Notes: a model not told the origin generated them from the sequence alone. A DNA stretch of 61,319 nt from Candidatus Altiarchaeota archaeon (GCA_038891095.1 JAWAEV010000005.1:1-61319), one strand, 5' to 3'; positions 9,701 through 18,006 are shown, counted from the stretch's first letter. Numbers and translations: made by a program.

Positions 9701-10700
9701 CTATATAGAGATATTTTTCATAATTTTCTCCCTTTTTATTATTTTCTAGGTTATTACACTTCACAAAATCCATCTCTTTATATTTCTGATTTTCTATTAG
9801 AATATGGGTTATCTGTCCTTTTTTTTCATTTATAATTGAAGAGACTATCTTATATTTTAACGAATCTGTAACGCCATAAATTGCCTTGTCATTCACTTCA
9901 CCTTGACATAAAAGCAGGGCATCATCTAAACAATCAGTAACTATCAACAAATTTGAAGATGCGCTTGTTATAACTCTACCATTTTTCTTTATAAACACCT
10001 TAAAGTAAAATTCAAATGGTTCAGGATTAAGATCAATTAGTCCTTCCGCTATTCTACCTTTATTATCTGTAAGTTTAACAGTCCACTTTGCATGGCCACC
10101 ACCTGCCTCCTTAATTGAATCCTTTACAACTTCAATAAAATCATCACTTGAAAGAGGATTTAAGCAATCAAGATTTAATCCAAAATCATCCTCGCAAATA
10201 AGAAATTCTGCAGTATCATAATCACATCTGCCTTTTGTTTTGTAGAGCATTGTAACTATGTCACCTTTCATAGCACTTTGTACATCCCAAATTGCAGAGG
10301 AAATCTCACATTTGCCTTCTTCTTCAAAACTACTTGCTTTCTCTGCTTGCTTTTTTGCCTCTTCTTCTAAAATTTTTACTTCTGGATTTATGAGTTCATT
10401 TCTTCCAAGTAATGCATAATAAACATATCTGCACTGAGGTATATCCCTTATGTTATACTCATCAAAATCTCCAGAAACTTTCTCACAATCTTTTTGTCTT
10501 ATTGTTATGGTCTTTGTATATTTGCAAGTATCAACTATCTTTGGGTTCTCAGTATTTGGATTTTCTATTGCGATAGTGCCATAATAATCACACTCCTTAG
10601 CGTTTATAATGTGAATAAAAAAGAGTAATATAGAAAAAATCAATGCTATTGCAAAAAAAATTCTATATACAAAAAAAAGTTTTTCTTTTATTTTTAGCAT
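6753..10700 (-). CDS. Large Cys-rich cell-surface protein (signal peptide, C-terminal TM anchor)
   Basis: 1315 aa; N-terminal hydrophobic signal ending INA; many Cys clusters; IVNGDFEQ CBM-like start; C-terminal TM plus basic tail. Confidence 0.75.
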   Translation of the reverse strand: MLKIKEKLFFVYRIFFAIALIFSILLFFIHIINAKECDYYGTIAIENPNTENPKIVDTCKYTKTITIRQKDCEKVSGDFDEYNIRDIPQCRYVYYALLGRNELINPEVKILEEEAKKQAEKASSFEEEGKCEISSAIWDVQSAMKGDIVTMLYKTKGRCDYDTAEFLICEDDFGLNLDCLNPLSSDDFIEVVKDSIKEAGGGHAKWTVKLTDNKGRIAEGLIDLNPEPFEFYFKVFIKKNGRVITSASSNLLIVTDCLDDALLLCQGEVNDKAIYGVTDSLKYKIVSSIINEKKGQITHILIENQKYKEMDFVKCNNLENNKKGENYEKYLYIEDEKYKNFIKKNFGNEPFFKKYSQMYGEDNASYIYCYKTDLKDTKACKEAINYGWYSLENTFPLLEVGFIEKPYIDEVKKWNFYQDIDEKPSEKILVEDEKGKSSWTKIFTATPKLQDNREHKNWTLSGNGTVYIGAGFEFDTCTYSCDATQENDAFEGCKKECNSGEKRCSECYADFQGDKCNKNPNHCWKSDPNCDVVENDCGKICKVDAHYSDTGIEVETKIKIPNVKISGAKESKSNDDCTSAGGICKSPALCTGDYGCYTEISGCELEDCCCIKKTITKKKNELEVEEISENVKIIKHPAFNITERGNLNFKIEDASFDVYGSTYIIKRIYKPETNDKKFIVNSDIVFNYELLEEAEELKIDVENTYVINIVKDIYTVSCIDHCCETNDEGECIKRGNNEVVGCYLSNTETEKYTEKVKDSFTIEKVHKLNITSTAELNITGIIDKIVNDFGEVEVFGALEIFIAPDILGGFTIDAKNSGIYYRSLIYPTKHLLFKKKSSPPEKESNLRECSYESRFCYNNKEFNFPEQCKKICPDQCKCPSEDILKPECINFKTGKAEKREDCVCLPTLCFPNPCTSNRTYHEEEGSFIVNGDFEQDKDFWIGDGTISLGGNSGKMLKLNGRISQNLAKPVSSQPYGELCLEFKVNDTNEFKIILSDSNKKVEHLICSQNCKDIAGWTKKCFEISGNLSAVELLSDGETFIDNVNLGKFYDFINFETYNISEAEYKGVKQNPFESLGLFSVDDVIHDGNYYTLTFDVTSRKYMNPKTGEALIYTLTDGDILNTTLTIYTFFKNETFSLFPDRKEKNLYVNVTLRNATLLKMEYYPKVNAISYGTRVSVYLNLSFYETGMPIANEKIYLSFLDIQDIWKLNPEGLKKEIVDGEVLAYVITDEKGIASFSFIPERTTTIQGIFLGNERASPAIEILEIPVIGINSPFLKIELFILLLIFYIALFSYRFFKPKRLDIYHWWEEFKGKRI

Positions 10701-10717
10701 TCTCTCATCTATTTGCC

Positions 10718-10748
10718 TCTATAAAAGTATTTTTATATTGACTATAAA
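10718..10748. promoter_or_regulatory. Putative divergent archaeal promoter (back-to-back TATA boxes)
   Basis: 62-bp gap between divergent starts contains TTTATA-N5-TATAAA (10732-10748) and a further TATAAAAG; AT-rich background weakens the call. Confidence 0.4.
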
Positions 10749-10762
10749 TACTTTAACATAAA

Positions 10763-11098
10763 ATGCTTAGAAAAAGAAGGTCTTATGCAGTAATTTCTGT
10801 CATGTTAGTATTGCTAATCTTATCTCAGTTAGTTCTATCCTTAGATACAGATATTTATTTAAGAAGAATTAGAGAGTTAGATATCAGGGTTCTTTGCTTG
10901 CTTTTATGGATTGGTCCTGGAATTGCATTAGTGCTGATAACCTTAGGTGGTATTCTTTTAATAACAAGCGATGATATCTATAAGAGAAACCATGCAAAAA
11001 GCATGATTTTTAATGCTTTTTTAGGATTGATTTTAGTGTTAGCATTTATTTTCTTTTCAGCCTGGATTGGAAAATTAGATCTTACTAGATGTATTTAA
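10763..11098 (+). CDS. TrbC/VirB2-like pilin
   Basis: 111 aa; signal peptide, two hydrophobic helices around GILLITSDDIYKRNHAKSMIFNAFLGLILV. Confidence 0.7.
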   Translation: MLRKRRSYAVISVMLVLLILSQLVLSLDTDIYLRRIRELDIRVLCLLLWIGPGIALVLITLGGILLITSDDIYKRNHAKSMIFNAFLGLILVLAFIFFSAWIGKLDLTRCI

Positions 11099-11469
11099 AA
11101 AAAATACTAACAACTGTTAGCAATAATCATACCAATATCTAAGGTTTAGAGTTAATGACCACGAATTTATAGCAAACTATGCAAGTGATAAAGAATACCT
11201 CATGCATTGAAGTAAAGAAAGTATGTAGGAAAAACTGAAAAGGAATTGGGGGAGATTGAAATTTTTTAAATTGAATGATGAAAATGGATAATTTTGGTTT
11301 TAATTTTTTCTTGTCTGTCTGTTTCAATCCATTTCGGGATAAGTCTTTTAAAATAATAAGAGCATAACATAGCTTTCTGGCACACAACTTCCTTTAGCTG
11401 AAAAACTAAAAATTCAAAAATAAAAAATTTTGTGCCTTCCCTCTTACCAAACTATTAAAAATTTTGATA

Positions 11470-11847
11470 TTATCTACTCTTCCAAAGCCCATGTAAATTG
11501 CAATATTCTCTTGCTGAAATATTTTTTGCTTTAATGCAAAATTCAGCTTCTGGTTTATCTCCAGGTTTTAAAAATTTTCTATAAGCAACATTATCAGCAA
11601 TTAGCTCAATCCATTCTATGTAATGTTGCTGTTCCATTGGATGCTCTACTGAGCCAACTTTTACCCTTATGGTATTTTTTGTTTTTTCAATTACAGGCAC
11701 ATGCTTCTCATTTCCAACATCCTCAAATTTCTCTTTTTGCAATTCCATTGGCTGCCCACAACAAACAAGTGTGCCACCACTTGCATGTAGAACTTCAACA
11801 ATATTCCCACAAATTTTGCATTTATACACCTGTTTTTGCTCGGTCAT
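11470..11847 (-). CDS. dfx: Desulfoferrodoxin (2Fe superoxide reductase)
   Basis: [10 protein letters not shown]...CCGQPM, EKHVP, HPM...[11 protein letters not shown]. Confidence 0.95.
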   Translation of the reverse strand: MTEQKQVYKCKICGNIVEVLHASGGTLVCCGQPMELQKEKFEDVGNEKHVPVIEKTKNTIRVKVGSVEHPMEQQHYIEWIELIADNVAYRKFLKPGDKPEAEFCIKAKNISAREYCNLHGLWKSR

Positions 11848-11875
11848 TTTTCTTTATCACCTCCCATATAAAAAA

Positions 11876-12787
11876 TTAATTTTTTCTTTCTGCAAGAAAT
11901 TTTGCAGCTTTTAATGCAGCCATGCAGCCCTGACCTGCTGCAATTATGTATTGATATTCATGCCCCGACGCACAATCTCCAGCAGCAAAAATTCCTTCAA
12001 TAGAAGTTCTAGTTTGACAATCAATAACTATATGGCCATCCTCCTCAAGCTCAAGAAAACCTTTCAGAAATTCTGTATTTGGTTCTCTGCCAATTTCAAT
12101 TATTACACCTTTAACATTAAGGACTTTTTCTTTGCCATTTTGCTCATATCTAAGTCCAGAAACAAAATTTTCTCCAAAAATTTCTTTAACATCTGAATTG
12201 TAGGATATTTTAACCTTTCTATTTTTTTTCACTTTCTCTTGGAGATATTCATGTCCTCTAAGCTCTTTTTCTCTTGCAAGAAGATAAACATTCGGAGAAA
12301 TTTTGCTCATATAATCGGCAGCTTCAAGTGCAGAGTTTCCAGAGCCTATAACTGCAACATCCATTCCATAGAATAGAGGACCATCACATGTTGCACAATA
12401 AGTTATGCCTTTTCCAATGAATTTCTCTTCGTTAGGAACATTTAATTTCTTTGGCTTAGCACCAACAGCTATTATAATTGTCTTTGTTTTATACTCTTGC
12501 TTATCTGTAAAAACAGTAAATGTGCCATCTTCTTCCTTTTTTATTTTTTTAACTTCTTCTCCTTCATTTGGAAAAACTCCATTAAATTCAAGTTGTTTCT
12601 TTAGAATTTCCCTCATTTCTACACCACTCACTTTTATTATTCCAGGATAGTTAACAATTTCTGCAGAACTGAAAAATTGCTCTCCTATGTTTTTAGTTAT
12701 CATTAAAAAATTTATTCTTTTTCTTGCTGCATAAATTGCTGAAGTTATAGCTGCTATACCACCACCAATAATTATAAGGTCATACAT
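11876..12787 (-). CDS. trxB: Thioredoxin-disulfide reductase
   Basis: FAD-binding start, CATCDG redox motif, GSGNSA, GIFAAGD. Confidence 0.9.
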   Translation of the reverse strand: MYDLIIIGGGIAAITSAIYAARKRINFLMITKNIGEQFFSSAEIVNYPGIIKVSGVEMREILKKQLEFNGVFPNEGEEVKKIKKEEDGTFTVFTDKQEYKTKTIIIAVGAKPKKLNVPNEEKFIGKGITYCATCDGPLFYGMDVAVIGSGNSALEAADYMSKISPNVYLLAREKELRGHEYLQEKVKKNRKVKISYNSDVKEIFGENFVSGLRYEQNGKEKVLNVKGVIIEIGREPNTEFLKGFLELEEDGHIVIDCQTRTSIEGIFAAGDCASGHEYQYIIAAGQGCMAALKAAKFLAERKN

Positions 12788-12788
12788 A

Positions 12789-13022
12789 CTATTTCTTTAA
12801 CTCTTTTTCTATGGCATTCCTATCAAAGCCTACAATAATTTTCCCGTTTATTTCAATAACAGGAACTCCCATTTGGCCAGATTTCTGAATCATCTCCTGA
12901 GCTGCTTTTCTGTTAGATGAGACATCTATGTCCTCAAAATCAACGCCTTTGCTCTTTAAAAAATCCTTTGCCATGTGACAAAAAGGGCATGTCGGAGTGG
13001 AATAAACTTTAACATTTGGCAT
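12789..13022 (-). CDS. NrdH/YruB-like glutaredoxin
   Basis: YSTPTCPFC, GVPVI, IVGFD; GGAGGT SD upstream. Confidence 0.9.
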   Translation of the reverse strand: MPNVKVYSTPTCPFCHMAKDFLKSKGVDFEDIDVSSNRKAAQEMIQKSGQMGVPVIEINGKIIVGFDRNAIEKELKK

Positions 13023-13046
13023 TTTTTACCTCCATTCTTTTTCAAT

Positions 13047-13205
13047 TTACTGAATTTCCCCTTTTTTAATTTTTCTTACTAAGGTATCCCATTCGCTTTT
13101 TTTCAGTTTAACTAAATTCCCCTCTTCGCCTATCTCAACAAAATCTTTTTCTATTTTTACTACAGGACAACATCCTGTTTTTCCACACAGTGTATAGGTT
13201 GGCAT
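13047..13205 (-). CDS. 52-aa Cys-containing microprotein
   Basis: Manual translation MPTYTLCGKTGCCPVVKIEKDFVEIGEEGNLVKLKKSEWDTLVRKIKKGEIQ; GAGGTG SD; fills operon gap. Confidence 0.8.
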   Translation of the reverse strand: MPTYTLCGKTGCCPVVKIEKDFVEIGEEGNLVKLKKSEWDTLVRKIKKGEIQ

Positions 13206-13227
13206 TTTTTCCACCTCGTTTTTTATT

Positions 13228-13665
13228 TTAAATTCCTAACAAAAGTTTTAGTTCTGCAATATGCTCCTGCTCATCCATTATTACATGCCTTAAACCATGC
13301 TCAATCTGATAATATTCATATTTAAGCTCTTTGCTCATCTCTCTTATTTTATCCATTATCTGCAAGTAAAAATCAACTGCTTCTTTCTCGCCTTTTAGAT
13401 TAATTTCTAAAATTTCTTTTAAATTTTTCGCTTCAAAAGTTTTTTCAATTTTCATAGATGGAACTGCTCCTAAATAACTACCGATTAACTCTCTAAAAAT
13501 TTCCTCATGTTTTTTTTCGTCATCTGCAATCTCTTTGAGCCTCGAAATTATGGGCTCCGCATTTAAACCATCAACTTGCTCAGCATGCGCTAAATATTGA
13601 ATTCTCGCAGCATGCTCCAACTCCAGCGCACGATTCAACATTTTCAAAAGTTCTTCTCTACTCAT
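13228..13665 (-). CDS. Ferritin-like (bacterioferritin/rubrerythrin-type) diiron protein
   Basis: E...ExxH...E...ExxH ligands (LEH, DEKKH, GEKEA, DEQEH); GGAGGTGA SD. Confidence 0.85.
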   Translation of the reverse strand: MSREELLKMLNRALELEHAARIQYLAHAEQVDGLNAEPIISRLKEIADDEKKHEEIFRELIGSYLGAVPSMKIEKTFEAKNLKEILEINLKGEKEAVDFYLQIMDKIREMSKELKYEYYQIEHGLRHVIMDEQEHIAELKLLLGI

Positions 13666-13705
13666 TTTTTCACCTCCTTTTTTTATTAACTTTTTATTTT
13701 TATAC

Positions 13706-13840
13706 CTATCTTGTCACAGAAGTATTATCTGAGCTAAGTTTTTTTCTTCTTTGCAAGCTAATACACTTAGCGCAGTAGTATAATGCATCGCTCTCTAAAT
13801 TATCTAACTTTTCTCCACATAATTTGCATACTTTGTTCAT
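13706..13840 (-). CDS. 44-aa putative zinc-finger microprotein
   Basis: Manual translation MNKVCKLCGEKLDNLESDALYYCAKCISLQRRKKLSSDNTSVTR; two CxxC; GAGGAG SD; alternative in-frame ATG 13858 overlaps nrdG stop. Confidence 0.6.
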   Translation of the reverse strand: MNKVCKLCGEKLDNLESDALYYCAKCISLQRRKKLSSDNTSVTR

Positions 13841-13854
13841 ATCCTCCTCTTCAT

Positions 13855-14547
13855 TCATCTTACTATGCATTTTTTCACATATTTGGCTTCTAATTCATCC
13901 TTTAATTCATTTAATATTGAATCCTTATAAGTGCTCTCATTAAAAAATCTTTTATCCAAATGTTTAGATACAATAAATTTCTGTAGTGCATATAATTTTG
14001 CTCCTTTTATAAGTTTTCCTATCTTTAAAATGTCCTCTCTGCTAAGTTGAGACTTTACAATTGTTGTTCTAAATTCATAATTAATGTCTGAATTCATAAT
14101 TATTTCAATACTATGTAAAATTTTTTCTTTATTTATTTTGACTTTTGTTATAAGTTCATACTTCTCTAAAGGAGCTTTTATGTCCATTGCTATGTAGTCA
14201 ACAAATTTCTTATTGGTTAAATTTTTTAGTTTTTCTGGAAAACTACCGTTTGTATCTAATTTTACTAAGTACCCTATGTCTTTAATTTTTTTTATAAAAC
14301 TTTCAATATCTTCCTGAATTAATGGTTCGCCGCCTGTTATAACAACTGCATCAAGTTTACCTTTGCGGTTTTCTAAAAATGACAAAATTTCTTCCTCTGG
14401 AATTACATCCATGAAAAGTTTTTCATCTACGAGCTCTGGGTTATGACAATATCCGCATCTGAAATTACATCCCTGAGTAAAAACTATGGCTGAAATTTTT
14501 TCTGGATATTCTATAAGCGAAAATTTTTGTAATGCGCCAATTTTCAT
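13855..14547 (-). CDS. nrdG: Anaerobic ribonucleotide reductase activating enzyme (radical SAM)
   Basis: GCNFRCGYCHNP, ITGGEP, DTNGS; start moved to ATG 14547; adjacent to nrdD. Confidence 0.92.
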   Translation of the reverse strand: MKIGALQKFSLIEYPEKISAIVFTQGCNFRCGYCHNPELVDEKLFMDVIPEEEILSFLENRKGKLDAVVITGGEPLIQEDIESFIKKIKDIGYLVKLDTNGSFPEKLKNLTNKKFVDYIAMDIKAPLEKYELITKVKINKEKILHSIEIIMNSDINYEFRTTIVKSQLSREDILKIGKLIKGAKLYALQKFIVSKHLDKRFFNESTYKDSILNELKDELEAKYVKKCIVR

Positions 14548-14548
14548 T

Positions 14549-16648
14549 TCATAACTTAACTTTATATGTTTTTCTAATCTTAAACTCCTCCTTCTTTCCA
14601 AAATTCCATTGTTTTACAGGCCTTAAATAGCCAACAATTCTTGAGTAAACCTCTGTCTCAGAGCCACATTTTGGACATTCTTTTTGCTCTCCATCAAGAT
14701 AACCATGACTTGGGCAAACACTAAATGTTGGGGTAAATGTAAAGTATGGCAAATGGTAGTTTTCACATAGCTTTTTTACTAATTTTTTTATTATCATAGG
14801 GTTTTGTATCCTTTCACCTGCAAAAATATGCAGAACAGTGCCACCTGTGTACCTTGTTTGCAAGTCATCCTGCAATTCAAATGCCTCGAATATATCGTCT
14901 GTGTAATTAACTGGTAAGTGAGTTGAATTTGTATAAAATGGCTCTGCTCTTCTGCGCTTATACTCACTTTCATTAGCACAAATTATATCAGGATATTTTT
15001 CTTTGTCAATTTTAGCTAACCTGTAAGATGTACCTTCCGCTGGCGTTGCTTCAAGGTTGTAAATGTTTTTTGTTTCTTCTTGGAACTCAATTAGTTTTTC
15101 TCTCATAAAATCTAAGACTTTTATTGCAAAATCATGACCTTCCTTGCTTGCAATGTTCTTTCCAAAAAGATTTAAGCAACACTCATTCATCCCAATTAAG
15201 CCGATTGTTGAAAAGTGATTTTTCCAGTACTCCTTTTGTTCTTTCTTTATGTTTCTAAGATAAAATTTAGCATAAGGATAGAGATCATTCTCTGTAAATT
15301 TTTCTAAAACTTTTCTTTTTATCTCAAGACTTTCTTTTGCTAAGTTCATGACCCTTCCTAATGACTCAAAAAATTCATCCTCATCCTTTGATAGATAACC
15401 TAATTTTGGCATATTTATTGTGACAACTCCTATTGATCCAGTTAATGGGTTTGCTCCGAAGAGAGCACCTCCTCTCTTTCTTAGTTCTCTATTATCTAAG
15501 CGAAGTCTACAACACATTGAACGAGCATCTTCTGGTTTCATATCAGAATTTATAAAGTTAGAGAAGTATGGCACACCATATTTTGCTGTCATCTCCCATA
15601 ACCCAGAGAGATTTTCATCATCCCAATCAAAATCTTTTGTTATGTTATATGTTGGTATAGGAAATGTAAAAACTCTACCTTTTGCATCGCCCTCAATCAT
15701 CACCTCTAAGAAAGCTCTATTAAAAGTATCTATCTCGTCCTGAAAATCACTGTAAGTGTCCTTCTGTATTTTGCCACCTATAACTACGCCTTTGTCTTCA
15801 TAATAGCTTGGTGGTTTTAAATCCAATGTAACATTTGTGAATGGTGTCTGAAAACCAACTCTTGTAGGAACATTTACATTAAATATAAATTCCTGTAATG
15901 CTTGTTTTGTTTCTTTATAGTCTAAATTATCATATCTTATAAATGGTGCAAGTAGAGTATCTAAATTTGAAAACGCCTGAGCACCTGCTGCTTCTCCTTG
16001 TAAAGTATAGAAAAAGTTTACAACTTGCCCCAATGCTGCTCTAAAATGTTTTGCTGGTTTGCTTTCAACTTTTCCTGGAGCTCCTTTAAAGCCCTCTACT
16101 AATAGGTCATATAAATCCCAACCAACACAATAGACTGAGAGGATATTTAGATCATGTATATGGAAATACCCATTCAAGTGAGCTTCTTTAATTTCTTTTG
16201 GATAAATTTTATTTAGCCAATAAATTTTACTAATTTCAGAAGATACATAGTTATTTAAACCTTGTAATGAATAGGTCATATTGCTATTCTCATTTACTTG
16301 CCAATCCGTTTTTTCAAGATATTGCTCAATAAGATCAACCTCTGCTTTTTGAGCTATTTCTCTAATTTTCGCATGCTGCTCTCTGTAAATTATGTATGCC
16401 TTCGCAGTTTTTTTGTATGGTGAACTTAAAAGAACTTCTTCAACAACATCTTGTATTTCTTCAACAGTTGGAATTTTTTTCGGAATTACCTGCTGTGCCA
16501 AATTCAAGACCTTTATTGTAAGTCTCTTTGCAACTTTCTCATCAAATTCGCCAGTTGCTTTTCCAGCCTTTGCAATTGCATTTGTAATTTTTTCAGCATC
16601 AAATTTTACTATCCTACCATCTCTTTTCTTAATTTTTTCAAATATCAT
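14549..16648 (-). CDS. nrdD: Class III ribonucleoside-triphosphate reductase with N-terminal ATP cone
   Basis: ATP cone KKRDGR...KI; HIHDL; SMCCRL; EATPAE; Zn site; SRIVGYL glycyl-radical motif. Confidence 0.95.
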   Translation of the reverse strand: MIFEKIKKRDGRIVKFDAEKITNAIAKAGKATGEFDEKVAKRLTIKVLNLAQQVIPKKIPTVEEIQDVVEEVLLSSPYKKTAKAYIIYREQHAKIREIAQKAEVDLIEQYLEKTDWQVNENSNMTYSLQGLNNYVSSEISKIYWLNKIYPKEIKEAHLNGYFHIHDLNILSVYCVGWDLYDLLVEGFKGAPGKVESKPAKHFRAALGQVVNFFYTLQGEAAGAQAFSNLDTLLAPFIRYDNLDYKETKQALQEFIFNVNVPTRVGFQTPFTNVTLDLKPPSYYEDKGVVIGGKIQKDTYSDFQDEIDTFNRAFLEVMIEGDAKGRVFTFPIPTYNITKDFDWDDENLSGLWEMTAKYGVPYFSNFINSDMKPEDARSMCCRLRLDNRELRKRGGALFGANPLTGSIGVVTINMPKLGYLSKDEDEFFESLGRVMNLAKESLEIKRKVLEKFTENDLYPYAKFYLRNIKKEQKEYWKNHFSTIGLIGMNECCLNLFGKNIASKEGHDFAIKVLDFMREKLIEFQEETKNIYNLEATPAEGTSYRLAKIDKEKYPDIICANESEYKRRRAEPFYTNSTHLPVNYTDDIFEAFELQDDLQTRYTGGTVLHIFAGERIQNPMIIKKLVKKLCENYHLPYFTFTPTFSVCPSHGYLDGEQKECPKCGSETEVYSRIVGYLRPVKQWNFGKKEEFKIRKTYKVKL

Positions 16649-16731
16649 TCTCTCACCCCATGAATTTCTTAGTGCTTAAATTTCTGTGTAGATTAATTAG
16701 AATATATATTTAAAAACTAAAAGTATAAAAA

Positions 16732-16748
16732 GTATATCTTAGATATAC
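16732..16748. promoter_or_regulatory. Perfect palindrome, candidate operator
   Basis: GTATATCT-T-AGATATAC between divergent nrdD and HxlR-family regulator. Confidence 0.55.
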
Positions 16749-16811
16749 AAAATATATCTAATAGGAAAAGTATATTATAATATAAATTGGAGATTTAAAA
16801 ATAGATAACAT

Positions 16812-17207
16812 ATGAAATCTATTGAAAAAATGCAATATACAAGATGCGGTGAGAAAGGCGAAAATTGCCCTATATATGGAAAAAAATGTGGTTTTAATAT
16901 AGATATATGCCCAGTTTATAGAGCGTTTCATATAATAGGTAAAAAATGGTCTTTGCAAATTTTACAGGAGATTTGTATTAACAATGGTAGAAGAAGGTTT
17001 AATGAAATAAGAAGGTCACTTTACTGGATAACTCCAAGGGTTCTCTCAAAGAGATTAAGAGAAATGGAGAAAGAGGGATTAATAAAAAGACAACTCTCGA
17101 ATGAAATTCCTACAAGAGTTGAGTATGTTCTAACAAAAAAAGGTGTTGAATTAGAAAGGGTTATAAAGGAAGCAAGAGAATGGGGTATGAAGTGGGAGGT
17201 TGTATAA
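16812..17207 (+). CDS. HxlR/DUF24 family winged-helix regulator with Cys-rich N-terminal extension
   Basis: CPV...IGKKW...RRFNEI...ITPRVLSKRLREME..GLI...RVEYVLT.KG. Confidence 0.9.
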   Translation: MKSIEKMQYTRCGEKGENCPIYGKKCGFNIDICPVYRAFHIIGKKWSLQILQEICINNGRRRFNEIRRSLYWITPRVLSKRLREMEKEGLIKRQLSNEIPTRVEYVLTKKGVELERVIKEAREWGMKWEVV

Positions 17208-17304
17208 TTAAATTTTAGATGAAAATTAAAAATAATTGATCACCTAAAGAAAAAAATAAGAATACAATAATACAAATAAAAAATAGCAAATGGAACTTAA
17301 TTAA

Positions 17305-18006
17305 ATGGAAACAATTTCTGAAATAGTCGCAATAAGGAAAGAAACTTACAATGTAAAAACTTTCAGACTAAAACCAGAGGAGATCATAGAATTTGTTCCT
17401 GGACAATATGCTTTTTTCTCAATTCAAGAAAACAAAATGTTTTCTAATTATACAAAACCTTTCAGTTTCTCAAGTTCTCCAACAGAAAGAAATTTTTTTG
17501 AGATAACTGTAAAGAGAGTTGGAGTTTTCACAACTGAAATGCATAAATTAAAGAAAGGTGATCGTATGCTTGTTAATGGCCCACATGGTGATGCATTAAT
17601 TTTTGATGAGAAAGTAAAAGACGATGTAGTATTTATTGCTGGTGGATCTGGAATTACTCCATTTATGTCAGCAATAAGATATACAACAGAAAAAAAATTG
17701 AAGAACAAAATTTTGTTAATATTTAGCAATAAAACTTATGATGACATAATCTACAGGAAAGAACTCTCAGATATTGAGAAGAGAAATCCAAATATAAGAA
17801 TTGTTAACACTTTAACAGACTCATGGCCAAAAAAATGGGATGGCGAAACAGGAATGATCACAAAAGAGTTGATTTTACGTTATGTTAAAGAACCAGAAAA
17901 TAAAATTTGGTACATATGCGGGCCCCCGGGAATGATAATCTCAATGAAAAAAATTTTAAGCGCTATAAAGATTCCTGAAGCAAATATAAGATATGGGGAA
18001 GGCTGA
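17305..18006 (+). CDS. FNR-like FAD/NAD(P)-binding oxidoreductase
   Basis: FVPGQY, KPFSFSSSP, GPHG, IAGGSGITP, YICGPPGM. Confidence 0.88.
   Translation: METISEIVAIRKETYNVKTFRLKPEEIIEFVPGQYAFFSIQENKMFSNYTKPFSFSSSPTERNFFEITVKRVGVFTTEMHKLKKGDRMLVNGPHGDALIFDEKVKDDVVFIAGGSGITPFMSAIRYTTEKKLKNKILLIFSNKTYDDIIYRKELSDIEKRNPNIRIVNTLTDSWPKKWDGETGMITKELILRYVKEPENKIWYICGPPGMIISMKKILSAIKIPEANIRYGEG

Noticed and set aside
1-11098. Integrated conjugative element
   Set aside because: No integrase, relaxase, att repeats or obvious compositional shift seen; junction style matches core genes. The left side is unseen, so this is not fully excluded
11099-11469. GTTTCAATCC at 11321 as a CRISPR repeat, and ORF 11139-11387
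   Set aside because: Single occurrence, no array or cas genes. The ORF has no recognisable features; the region may be a decayed gene but I cannot assign it
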